DNA of 64,000 nt. It comes from Psilocybe cubensis. Lineage: Eukaryota. The DNA is taken from positions 1,054,001 to 1,118,000 of the forward strand of contig CM039010.1 of the NCBI GenBank assembly GCA_017499595.2, in the 5' to 3' direction. Shown here piece by piece: positions 11,593 to 23,982 of this stretch. Numbering within the stretch: position 1 is the first letter of the stretch; the number at the start of each line of letters is the position of its first letter. The position numbers and the translations under genes are program-made. Below the pieces are notes generated by a model. It worked only from the letters and a program-made list of their open reading frames with translations. It was not told the DNA's origin and did not search any database.

Positions 11593-12817
11593 TTAATTCT
11601 CGTCGTTATCGCCGGTGCGTTTGAACGCTGCCCTTTGATGTAAAGTTGGAATTTGTTTGCCGGAATTCGATGTACTGGGGAGGTTCACCGGCTCAATGAC
11701 GACTATCTCCTGGTCACTGGAGTCGCTTAGAGGAGGAGACACCACTTCTGTAGCCCTTGAGCCAACAGGTGTCGAATTTTCTGTTGATCCAGTGGGAGGT
11801 TGTGGAGGAGTAGGAGTACTGCGAGTAAAGGCTCCTGCGTCTCTAGCTGCTGTATCGTGCATAAGCATGATGGCAGCCCAAAAAGAAGTGTACGATGCTC
11901 GGAAAACATTTCTAATTGTCTCGAATACCGCATGAATTAACGGAATGCTGGATCTGACCCCCTGTATTGTATTTCTTGCCAAAGCCTCGGCCACTCTTTG
12001 CCAATCTACCTCGTCGGTAGAGCTTGGAGTACTACCGTCAGAGCTCGACCGTCCGGGCAGTTGTCTGATCTGAAGGTGACCTTTCAGCATAACCACCATG
12101 AATATTGAAATTATATACTCACAATCATATGCGCCAGCGAGTTTCCACAGACAAGAAGGCTCGTGCCTATGACAGTCAGAGGAATCGCAGTAATGATAAC
12201 AAACATAAGCTTGACGAGTACTGTTTGTAATAGTTAGTGACAATATGGGTTTGCTAGTAGTGTTCTTTTGAGACGTACATGCTTTAAATCCGCCGATGAT
12301 AACAAATACGATGCCAAATACCACGGTAATGATCGTCCATATAATGAGTGTGAGGGTAGAGAATATGCTATAACACAAATGCCCCAGTATGTTAAAGTGT
12401 AGAAGGAGAACGTCTGAGAAATTAGCTTACAGAAAAGCAGCAGTGAACAGGAAAGCCAACAGGGCCGGTGTGCCAGCAATGGCCTTCAAGGTGGAGAATC
12501 AGTAGAGGTTATTAGGTGTTGAGAGATAGTAACGACATACTGCTACCCTAGGATTGGTCCTGGATGTTTCAATGAACGACGAGATTGAGGGCATCACAAC
12601 CTCGTCAAACAGCCTGCCAAATACACGTCTCTTATAAGACACAAATATTATACAAAATGTAATGATGAACGCACTTTTTCGCGAATGTTATAGTCGCAAT
12701 GAATCCATCTCGTATTGTCACGTTAGAACCATTTCTGGATTCAGAAACAGCGGGTGCAGGATGTACACCGCCAGCACTAGATTCAACGACAAGAGGAGTT
12801 TCTGTAGGCGAGGTCAT
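11593..12817 (-). CDS. Multi-exon membrane protein with a long hydrophobic tract (possibly promethin/LDAF1-like)
   Basis: GT-AG splicing joins MTSPTETP... to AIAGTPALLAFLFTAAFLIFSTLTLIIWTIITVVFGIVFVIIGGFKALLVKLMFVIITAIPLTVIGTSLLV and a Ser/Pro-rich tail. Family call is by resemblance only. Confidence 0.55.
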
Positions 12818-14484
12818 GTAAGAGAATGAAGAATATAGGTAATTGGTGTGTCTCTTGTATATCCACTATCCAAGTCTTATATATAGGACGTGGGATGCCG
12901 GACGAACACGTCAACCCTCTGGAGGCGCAGCGTCGACACGAACATCAACCAATAGCACAGAACTCTGTGATTATCTTTCGAAATGGGCTGGAACCTGCTG
13001 CGCAGCAGAATTCAATTCTGTTATATACGTATCATCAGCGGCACTGGGCGCTAGCACAGGCGAGTGGCCATGCATTCCCAGGTATTGCTGCGTCCATCTA
13101 TGATTTAACATTGGAGTTGGTAGACATATCGAAATAGGTGCAGTATGAAGCGGTACCTGAGCATAGTCTTTGGGCAGTAGATCAAAATGTATTTAAATGA
13201 TCAAAGAGAATGAGCGAAGGTAAAATATCTCGCAAGCGTCTTCGACCAGAGATTGAGAACATTTGAAGGTGAGTCCAACTTTTGCATGAGTTCAAAGTGG
13301 GATGTGAAAAAAGGCATCTAGTACTGCTCGATTTCAACAAACTAATCAACACCAAGTACGAGGCTGGATTCAAGCCGTCAAACGTGCGCGTTGTTGATCA
13401 GGATTGCGTGGCTGGAACCGATGAATGCGAGCGCGAGACCCCAAATGTTTGATGAAACCTCCAACACCCTAGTTGGGCGAATAGGTTGTTCACTGGAAAG
13501 TAGCTGCTAATGCTAGCATGGCGGTGGCGGCGTGGCGAATCCGAAAAAGACGCCATCTACTGCACATAGAAAGTGTCAACGACAACGACAAAACGTTTTT
13601 TATATGATACTTGGAACCAATAAGAGACAGAGTAGGTTGTACCGCGATCATAAACGTAGAAACCTCAGAATTCCAAACTTAAAGGTTGAGGTGAAAGGTA
13701 AGCCGGTCAACAAAGTGCCAGTGGGAGAAGACCGGTGATGGCTTATCAGGAGCCTGTTACATAAGCAAACATTTCGCCAATTGCAAGCCCCTGCCAAGTA
13801 ATCGCATGAAAATCATCACGACGCCTGTTCTGTGGATGGTCACTGGCGGACAGCTGCGGACAGATGCTAGGCTTCAAATTATCTGCTCGTAGCTTTCAGA
13901 TTTCTCAGTCTTGACATATCGTTTCCGATGACTTTGAATTTGCCTGTGATGCTTTAGCGGCCAGAAAACGAGCACTGGGGACTTACAACGAACTTCACTT
14001 CATCTTCAAGTTGTCCTCTGAGTCGATCTCGTCATTCAGACTATTACCTGAAATTTCTTCCCACAAAACTCCTTAAACTTGCCCCTGGGCCTGAAAATAC
14101 GTTGAAAAGTCACGATATGCTCTCGAGGCTCGCACGGATGGAAGAAGACATCCTAATCGTGATCTTGTCTCCGCACTGATATCAATCCTTCCTTACCCGC
14201 CAATGCTTACATGGTGAGATATCGATAACCCCTTCAATTCATTGGAAAGAGAAGGCTATTTTTAGTTACTCTATAGTGCTCTTTTGGTGCCGATTGAGGG
14301 GAAGTTTCGGAGTCCTTATGCGCCAGTAACGAAATCTAGCTCAACAGGCTTCTCGGAGGGGTAACGGAACTTGACGAATTGATTCAAAAGGTCCCCAGGT
14401 TTCTTCGTTCGGTTCGGATTGCCACCCCTCCATTGTTTCTCCGTCACTGCGTTGAAATCCCCTCACCGTCTTGCTGTATTGACG

Positions 14485-16611
14485 ATGGATAACAAAATTG
14501 ATGGATCACCGGAGCGAGCCACTAGCACAACGGATTCCTCTTCGTTGCATAAGTCCGAGTCAGAGAAGTACATTTTGGATCGAGTGGATCACGCCACGGT
14601 GAGGAGAGCGGTCCTCAAGATGGACCTTACTCTACTTCCTGTGATGACCATATTCTACCTCCTATCCTTCCTGGTGAGCTCGCCCCTTCATTTGCGTAAC
14701 TCTTAATTGATGATGTTTTGCTATCAGGACCGTGCTAATATTGGTGAGTAGAGTCGATATCTGTGTTTTGATGCATTGGCTTATGGTTTCATGTAGGCAA
14801 TGCTCGAGTTGCTGGCCTCCAAAAAAGTCTCCATATGACAGACCGCCAGTATCAGATTGCGGTCACCACCACATATGTGTACGTGGCCATTTTTTGTGGT
14901 GCTGACGAAACAATCCTGATTGAGCGCTTTTACCACTCAGACCATACATTCTCGCAGAACTTCCTGCAAATCTTTTGCTCCGGAAGATAGGACCCAACTA
15001 TGTCATGCCCACCATTCTCACCCTGTGGGGGATAATTGTCATCTTACAAGGATTTGTGACTTCCTTTCACGGCCTCGTCGTAGCTCGCGCATTTTTGGGG
15101 CTAATGGAAGGGCCCATGTTTCCTGGTATCGTTTTGTACCTTTCTGGGTTCTACACCCGTGCGGAACTCTCCCTTAGGTACAGCCTTCTATGATTTTTCC
15201 CGTTTTGGTGCGAGTGCTCATATTACCCTGCAGGATCGCCTACTTTTTTTCAGCAGCATCGGTAAGTCAACTCTTGGCACGGCGGTGCTAGAGATTGAAT
15301 AGTGAATTGAACGTTCTGGACTTTCCCAGCTCTCAGGTGCTTTCTCTGGTCTTCTGGCGGCGGCTATTGTGAATATGAATGGAGTGGGGAACAAGCCTGG
15401 GTGGTCGTGGATATTTATCATAGTGAGTAAACTTGCATCTCGAGCAGGGTCACTATCCTGAGCCTAGAGCGTCCATTAGGAAGGAATCTTCAGCGTTCTT
15501 GTTGGTGTAATATCCTTTTACCTTGTACCCGCTACTCCAAAGGATTCGCGGTTCTTGTCAGAAGACCAAAAACAGTGAGTGCCTTTTTCCATTACTCAAA
15601 TCCCGACCCTAAGGCCAAAATGGAAGAATCATCACTCAACGCCTGGAGAGAGACCGTCCCTTTGTGAACCCGCTTGACAAGTTCAGCCTCAGCCAAGTGC
15701 TTTCTTCCCTGAGATCGCCTCAAGTTATCATTATTTTCATTATCTATTTTATGGGTGGCACCAACCTTTATGGCCTTGCACTGTTCCTTCCGTCTATTGT
15801 CAACCAGTTAGGCTTCAGTCCCAATCATACTCAACTTTTGAGTGTTGGACCCTTTGCCGTTGGATTCGTTGGTACGCTCGCTCATCTGGGCGCTACATTC
15901 AGTCACTCATTTTCCACATTTGCAGTGACTATTTTCGTTGCCTATCTATCAGATCGGTTCAAGTCGAGATCAATCCCCCTTGCAGGGATATGTGTTCTGG
16001 CAGTCGCCGGTTACTCGATTACTTTGGGTACGTCTAGATATATCTCATCCGACGAGTTTCACATTAACCTCTCATCGCAGCATCGACCAACAAACACCTT
16101 TCATATGCAGCACTTTATTTGATGGTTCCGGGTGTCTATGGCCCAACTCCAATGGTGGCAGCTTGGTTGTCCAACAATTCGGAGCCTTACTATCGACGAG
16201 CGACAAGTATAGCCCTCGGGTTTGTGGCCACGAACACTGTACAGATTTCCATAATTATGCCTTCCGTAATATCTCACTGACAGACACACAGGGCGGTATA
16301 CTGAGCACATGGCGTTACCCCTCAAAAGAAGGCCCAAAGTTCCACAAGACGACCATCATGAATTTGACATTGTACGTCGGCAATTTTATGACAGCATTTT
16401 CCTTTCTTTTTAACATCTTTAAATCAGCGCACTTTCAATAATGGCGCTAACGCTCCTTAATGCGCTGATCCTCATCAGGTCGAATAAACAGAAGAAGCTC
16501 AGGCGCGCTGAAATCCTTGCGCCATATGTTACAGAGAAAGAACCGGATGGTGGGCTCCGTGCGTGGGTAGAACTCGGCGACGAACATCCTGATTTCCGGT
16601 ATGTTTTGTAG
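14485..16611 (+). CDS. MFS transporter, anion:cation symporter (Dal5/Tna1-like) family, paralog 1
   Basis: KMDLTLLP, LSFLDRANIGNARVAGL, ELPANL, RAFLGLMEGPMFPG, YTRAELSLR, LSGAFSGLLAAAI, WIFIIEG, HPDFRYVL*; many short introns. Confidence 0.92.
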
Positions 16612-16953
16612 TGGTGTGATGATTCAGGCTCGTAATACCTACTTCATGGGCCCTCCCTTCGTGTACTAATATTTAACTTCACAACCTAATGGTATTACAT
16701 CAACTGCGCAATGTCGATAATAACACTATCACAAGATATCACAAGACCGTAGAGTCTGGACAATTAATGGCGGGTAATAGTCATGTCAACAGACGCAAAG
16801 CTTAAATCAGTAACACAACCGCACAACAAGCGACTCTTACTAAACGGTCAAAGGTGGGTGTCCAACACATCTCCGGAGTGAACGATGTCTTCCATATGTT
16901 GCAGTGATCACGGTGTGGTCATTAAAAATACAATGATCCAATGTCATAACAGA

Positions 16954-18313
16954 TTACAACTTGGCGTCAGCCTTTTTAACTACGTAGGCAACACCTCCAC
17001 CAAGAACGACCTTCCCAGTAGTCAAGTTCTTGGTCTCAAAGGCAACTTCAGTCGTTCCTTTAGGGCCCTTGCCTACTTCCCAGATACTGGTCTCGAGCTT
17101 ATCCCCTGGCTTAACAGGGGCGGTGAAGCGCACACCGAAGAACTTGAGTGAATTTGGGTCGTTTCCACCAACGGTCTTCAGAACCGCACGGCCAGCAAAG
17201 CCGAACGTCGACAGCCCATGAAGAATGACACCTCCAAAGCCAGCCCCTTGTCCAATCTTGGGGTCTATTGATAACTCGAATGTTAGATACACCGGCTATG
17301 AAGATAATCTTATCACTAACCGATGTGGAGAGGGTTATAGTCTCCGCTTAGGCGGAAAATAATAGCCTGCTCTGGGGTTGTCTGGTCCTCGACAACCCAG
17401 TCAGCCTTGCGGTCTTTGGGGATGGGCTTGCCTTGAGGAGGTCCGGCAATGAATTTGGAAAATTTCTCCCCAGTTGCTTTGGCACCAAGATTGAATGAGG
17501 ATGACTGTATAAAATGAGTCTTACGAAAATGTGCTTAGGAATAAATGATACTGACGAAGAGTCTGGCGTAAACCTCGCCTGATGGGCTGACAAGAGTATT
17601 CTCAGCGGTTAGGATAATACCGCTTTCTAACCGTGAATTGAAGTGAGCAAAGAATTGATATACGAAGGAATCTGACCCACTATTTTCGACTACGCCAGTG
17701 TAACGGGTCTTCCAAGTCCATCCTTCTCCGCTAACCAAAGGAAGAGGCTTCACAATTTCAATGGATTGAGTGGCGTGTACCTAGGGCTGTATAAGAATTG
17801 ATTGGGTACCGATGTCAGAGGCTGACTTACGACGCGGTTGGGGTTGAGAGTGGGCATGCCGGGTATGGGCCGTCCCTTAATACGGTCGCTAAAGAGGTTC
17901 ACATCGCTGTCGGCACCCTTGAGTTGAAGTACAACGGGATATGTGGGAAGAGCAGCAAAATTGGGATCTGAATTCGTATAGTTAATAATCCATCCAATGC
18001 TGGTCTGTAGTTGTACTGCATCGAGCATTCTGCGCTACGAGCATCACGGAGAAGTGCTTACCCAGTTCTACAGACGTAACGTGTTAGACTTGTGTCAAGC
18101 AACATGTGTCAATAAACTCACCATAAACAAATTGGAAATCGTCGTTTTTAGCTCCTACACCAACTGCGTATGTTAGAAGGTCGCGCTTGTTCCATGCAAC
18201 CTAGCAAATGTATTATGTGTTTAGAAACAGCTAAGTGTTCGGTACAGGAAGTCAGAACTGACTGGTTTGTCGGGAGTGGTGAATCCAACAACTTGTGAAA
18301 GATCTGCGGGCAT
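16954..18313 (-). CDS. Peroxisomal MaoC-type dehydratase (2-enoyl-CoA hydratase 2)
   Basis: WNKRDLLTYAVGVGA, YELDPNFAALPTYP, RLSGDYNPLHIDP and ILHGLSTFG (hydratase-2 motif). C-terminal PTS1 -AKL. Confidence 0.92.
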
Positions 18314-18604
18314 TCTGAATATGAATACTTTGAAGGTGATGTGGTTAATGGGCGAGGAGGTCGAACAGATGAATACAACAGTCGCCGGTGCCGGGTATTT
18401 AAGAACTCGCCCGGTAAAACCGGCAACCTCCTTCCCGACACGGCTTAGCTGATGATTGAGTTGGACTTCAAATTTGAGTAAGTACAAAGAACCAAGTGTC
18501 TGATTTAATGGACGGCATAATCAAATCTTTACATTCACACTCAAAACCCCTTTTTATTTATACAAGTTCGTAAATATATAGCGGACTCCACACTATAAAC
18601 CGTA

Positions 18605-19777
18605 TTAAAATTTAAAGACCTGTACAAGAGAGAATAATCGTTCAGATGATTTGAGAGCAGTTATATCAATAGGGGATGGGATCACACCTGTTCTTGACTA
18701 TAGCCTAAGTCTTTCAGAATTCCGCCGAGTTCTCCTTGGTTCTGTCCGTCTTTTTTCCCCGCCAGTGAGGCAACTTGAGCGGGAGGTCCTGATGTGTACC
18801 TTTAGCATTGCCCTTCAAGATATCGTTGTCAATGCTTTTCTCACCGCAAATGAAGATTTTAATTTGATCTCCCAAGGTAGCAGGGCTGACGTGCTTCTTG
18901 ATATGCTCGACCGTTATAAAGCCTGTTGGACCCTTCCATTCTTCCGTAGGGTTGTCCACCAGATATACAATATCGAAGGTGTGTGGATTTTTCTTCTGCA
19001 AAGCGTCGAGTTCCGCTCTCAACAAGATGTCTTTCTCTGAGATATTGGAGTAGATCAACTTGAACTTTGTCTTGTTATTGTCATCTCTCAAAGCATGTGT
19101 TAGCACTTGGTAGAAAGGAGCACTGTGATGCTTAATCGTCAGCAGTCGCATACAAATATCATTTAAAAATAGTTCTCACATTCCTGTGCCACCGCCAATG
19201 AAGGCGACCTCCTTGAATTGATTTGCTAAAATAAATATGTCACCATGAGGAATAGACGAGTAGCTACGACAGTCATCACCATTACCTTCATACGCAAACT
19301 TGAGGTAAGGGCCTTTGAATGCAAGTGTGTCGCCTTCCTGCATCGTGTAAATTAGTATGACTACATATTGATGAAGAGGAGTTACAAAGAGACAGCCCTT
19401 ACTTTCAAGCTATGAATGTATTTGGAAACATTGCCTGCTTCGTAACGCTTAACTAGCAGTACGAGCTCCCCAACAGCATCAGGTGGGGAAATTGGGGTGA
19501 AGGGTCTAAAGAAGGGATCTCCTTTTGCATCCCTCAAGTCCTCTGGATTTGACGCTCTTGCTACTATACAAGACGCCACAGGAATCAACGAAGCTTGTCC
19601 ATCAGGGAGCTCGAAAAAAAATCTGCCGGTAGGTTCTCGAGTTCGTAGGGTATTTAGGTAGATGTCATACCGTCTTGCTTACCTAGAGGTATTGTGATTG
19701 TATGGGATAATCTTTTTCAACTTCAGGTCCGTGTAGACCTGAGGATCGAAGATACTTTTAGCCTGCGAGGTGGACAT
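18605..19777 (-). CDS. NADH-cytochrome b5 reductase (MCR1-like), apparently without an N-terminal anchor
   Basis: IIPYNHNTS, RPFTPIS (FAD-binding), LLVKRYEAGNVSKYIH, FKGP, IGGGTG, LIYSN, IFICGPP, QVFKF*. Confidence 0.9.
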
Positions 19778-20264
19778 GGTTGCAAGTGTGCGGTAACGAT
19801 TCAGAATTGAGGATAAAAGGCTCTCTGGGTATGTGTGGTTGTCAAACTACACCCACTTAATTTATAGTCTTCCATCGGTTCAAAAATTGCTGAGTTATCA
19901 GTGAGGCTGGTTGTCATCGGTATTAGCATATCGTGGTGTGCTTGTAAGCGATTGTCGTAGGAAATGGCGAAATCAAGTTAATACGTAAGGCGTCAAAAGG
20001 GTACTCCCCAGGTACTCCCCTTCTCTTCCGGCGCAAGTTCGGCGTCCCAGCCGAAAACGTTTTTTGGGTGTGACCATGGACCGTTGTGACACCAATTTAC
20101 CCGAAAAGGAGAGCCTAAATTAAATATGTCCACGTGATCGTTCAACTGGAGCGCGATTGCAAAAGATCAGGCCCGTGCGGTTCAAATTCGAACAGTTCCT
20201 TGCTTTGCTTCACCATCTAGGAGATCATATCGTATTAGTACCCCTTAAGAAGAGTAACAAAGCA

Positions 20265-23200
20265 ATGCCCATGGAACATATGTAAGGTTTATCGACACCA
20301 AGTTTATCTTTATAATACTCATCCCTTTGTTCTTTCAAGACGAAAGAGGTTTGCAGAGGATGTAAATTTATATCCAGAACTTGGAGGACCTCGAAAATCA
20401 TCCCAAGCCACCAGTGCAATTGTAAGTAACAGAAACACGTGTTGAAATGGCGTATCGCTAACCGATCAAGCAGTCCGTCGCGTCCTCCAGCACGATACCA
20501 TCACCCCAGTCAACCACTGCGACTGCAAAGCCTCCTGCAAACCCTTTTGCAAAGAGACGTACGGTCATTATTTCATCGGATGAGGAAGATGGAGTGGATG
20601 GCCAATTTAAGGACTCTGACGATGAGGTCCAAGTTCTAGCCAGCAATGTGGGGTAAGCGGCCCTGAACTAAACCCAACGTAAGAGACTAAAGCTCCGCCC
20701 CATTTAAGTGGCGGGTATAAGACTCCAGTTCGACAAAATCACGGCCCACTTTTACAACGACTTGACGACATGTTCAACCAGACAAATCCCCCTTCGCAAC
20801 CTACAGGTTCAGTTAGACCTCAAGCCACTCCAATACATGTCCCCAGCAATAGAGATCTCCCCCAACCTAACTTTATAAGACGACCTATCTTCCCGGGCCC
20901 TCCTCCACCAAAGATGACTGACGGTGAAGAAATCAAAATCCCAGATTTCCGCGACGACAATCCTTATATGATTCCTGCCGACGCTGAGAAGGCTCTTCGA
21001 GAACTCATGAGCGGTGGCATGAATCAGGAACTCGATGATGACATTGAGGTCGACATGGAACAGGCAACGGTCCCCGGATTCAATGAAGGATTTAAACTTT
21101 TACCCCATCAAATCATTGGCCGAGCTTGGATGCGGGATCGAGAGGATCCGGCTAAAAAGCGCACTGGAGGTATTCTCGCAGATGATATGGGGTGAGTTCA
21201 ATCATTATATCTTTCATTCAAAGTTTCAATAGGGATATTCATGAAAACAGTCTGGGAAAGACCATTCAAACTTTGACACGAATTGTTGAAGGTCGAGCCA
21301 AAAAGTCTGATAAAGCAGACTGGAGTGCTGCCAACTTGTAAGCACCCTTTATGGCTGTCGCATTACGTCTTTGCTCATAGGAACTAGGGTCGTTTGCCCC
21401 CTCGCCCTGGTTGGCCAGTGGGCAGATGAAATTGAGAGGATGACCAGTTTCAAGGTTCTCAAGCATCAGGGAACCACTCGCACAACAGGTATCAATTTAT
21501 CTGTCTAAAGAGTTAATGGTTTATAACGCGATCTTCCCAGATCCTAATGTTTTCAACAAATATCATGTTGTTGTAACGACATACGACACTGTCAAATCCG
21601 AGTATATGTCTTACAACCCTCCCGCCAAAGACGAGTCTAAGTCTAGCTCCAAATCAGCATCCAAGAAATCAACGCCAGATAATTCTGAAGACGATTCTGA
21701 CGAAGACTCCTTTGGAAGAACTATAAAGAAGAAGGTGCCTGCTGGCAAATCCAAAGCTCCGGTGAAGAAGTGTGCGCTCTTTGCAACTAAGTGGTGGAGG
21801 ATTATCCTTGGTATGTCTTGCATTTGTCTCTCACTGCGTTCTCTAACAACGTTGGCAATTCAGATGAGGCTCATAATATCAAAAATGTCAAGACCAAAGG
21901 AGCAATAGCTTGCTGTGAACTCAAGGGCAAATATCGTTGGTGTTTGACCGGAACTCCGATGCAAGTTTTACCTTCTGGCCTTCCAAATTTCGCTAATGTT
22001 TGTTCTAGGCAAAACAATGTTACAGAGCTTTACTCGTTGATCAAATTCCTTCGTATTAAACCCTTATCAAACTGGGACACCTTCAATGAACAGATTGCCA
22101 AGCCTGTCAATAGTGGTCGCGGAGCATCTCGAGCTATGAAACGTCTGCAGGTAATGTCTTCGTATTTACTAAAATGTTCATTCTAATATTTGGTCGATGT
22201 TAGGTCGTTCTGAAATCGATTATGCTTCGTCGTCGAAAAGATCAGACTATGAATGGAAGGGCGCTCATTGAGCTCCCAAAGCGCAATATAGAGATCATCT
22301 CATGCCCTTTCGACGATGCCGAGCAGGAGTTTTATGACTCACTTGAATCAAAGATGGAAAGTGTTATTGAGAATTTGATGGCCAGCAGCAACAGTGGAGG
22401 AGGTAACACCTACATCTCTGTTTTGCTGCTCTTGCTTCGGCTTCGACAAGGTAAGTGTTGAGGTTTTTACCTGAAAGATTTCACTAAATGAGCTTCTTTG
22501 CTAGCCTGTAATCATCCGATGCTTGTGTCCAAAGATTACAAGAACGACTCTCAAGCACTTGAACCCAAACCTGCTGAGAAAGGCAAAGATGTGGCTGATC
22601 CTGACGCGGACGATGACCTTATTGCAGCATTCGGACAGCTGGGGGTGACTAAGAAGTGTCAGATGTGCACCTCTGAGTCAGTACCATTTCTTGCCATTCA
22701 ACATAGAAGCCTTCAAATGATTAATTTTATTTTCCACATAGACTTCGACCTGGAAATATCGGTGAAGGTGAATGGAGTACACATTGTCGGGATTGTGTTC
22801 CTCTGGCAATCAAAGCGAAACAATCAGAGAAAGATAGACCGTCGTCCGCCAAGATCAGAATGATCCTGAAATTACTCAAGGAGGTCGATGAGCGTTCAAA
22901 TTGCGAAGAAAAGACTATAATCTTCTCGCAATTCACAAGTATGCTTGATCTGATTCAGCCCTTCTTGACCGAGAAAGGGATTAAATATGTTCGCTGTGAG
23001 TGGCATTGGCTAGTTGACGATATTGATGATTCTCATTACATAACAGATGATGGATCTATGATCCCTAAGGACCGTGAAGCTGCTCTTGAGAAAATCAAAA
23101 CAAGTTCAACTACACGAGTTATTTTGATCTCTTTCAAAGCTGGCAGCACTGGTACGACGCGATTTGGGCTGGAGTTCAGCACAAGACTAATTTTGCATCA

Positions 23201-23635
23201 TTATAGGTCTCAACCTGACTGCCTGCAATAACGTTATTCTAGTGGACTTGTGGTGGAACCCTGCTCTGGAGGTCAGTGCTTATGTCATCAATTTACCTTG
23301 ATGCGAATGAATTGTCATGATACTTTCTCTTTCTAGGATCAAGCTTTTGATCGTGCTCACCGGTTTGGGCAAAAACGCGATGTTAATATATTCAAATTGA
23401 AGATCGATGGCACTGTGGAGGACAGGATACTCCTTGTGAGTTCTTTTATTGCAGATAGAAACGCTAAAAGATATAAATTTTGATGACATTAACTTAGCTT
23501 CAAGAAAAGAAGAGAGCACTTGCGTCGGCGGCCTTGAGCGGTGACAAGATCAAGAATATGCGTCTGGGTATGGACGATTTGCTTGCCCTGTTCCGACCTG
23601 GAGGCAAGGATGATGAAGAGGAAGATTTTGATTGA
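20265..23635 (+). CDS. SNF2-family DNA-dependent ATPase (Rad5/Rad16/Uls1-like)
   Basis: LLPHQ, GGILADDMGLGKT (motif I), DEAHNIKN (II), LTGTPMQN (III), MLRRRK, LLRLRQACNHP, CxxC...CxxC, IIFSQFTSML, SFKAGSTGLNL, DLWWNPALEDQAFDRAHRFGQ. Confidence 0.93.
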
Positions 23636-23941
23636 TGCATTTTACGGTTTCATTTTTCCCAAGCACATACATTGAAACTAGATACAGCTTCCATCTACTA
23701 TACCTATTGTTGTTATATATATATGGATCACCTTAACCTTGACAAATTGCTCGGTGTACAGAGCACCGACAGTACTGCGGGTGAATATTCCCACGGATTT
23801 TATTTAGCATGATGACTTGAACTAGTGACCGTGTGCGCTGGAGGTCTTTATTTCCTAACCATTTCTGCTGTCGGCGTACAACCGTCTTATCTTCTTTTGT
23901 GGGCCCGAGGAAGCTCTTATATTGAGGAAACGGCAGAGACA

Positions 23942-23982
23942 ATGGACTGTATATGACAACAAAGCCTCAAGATCATCAATGA
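23942..23982 (+). promoter_or_regulatory. Two chained candidate uORFs directly upstream of the Est1/SMG7-like start codon
   Basis: ATG GAC TGT ATA TGA (23942-23956) and ATG ACA ACA AAG CCT CAA GAT CAT CAA TGA (23953-23982). Both junctions are ATGA overlaps, the second with the main ATG at 23979. Confidence 0.45.

Noticed and set aside
20000-20020. Direct repeat GGTACTCCCC x2 in a divergent promoter
   Set aside because: Only two short copies and no further support; likely slippage.
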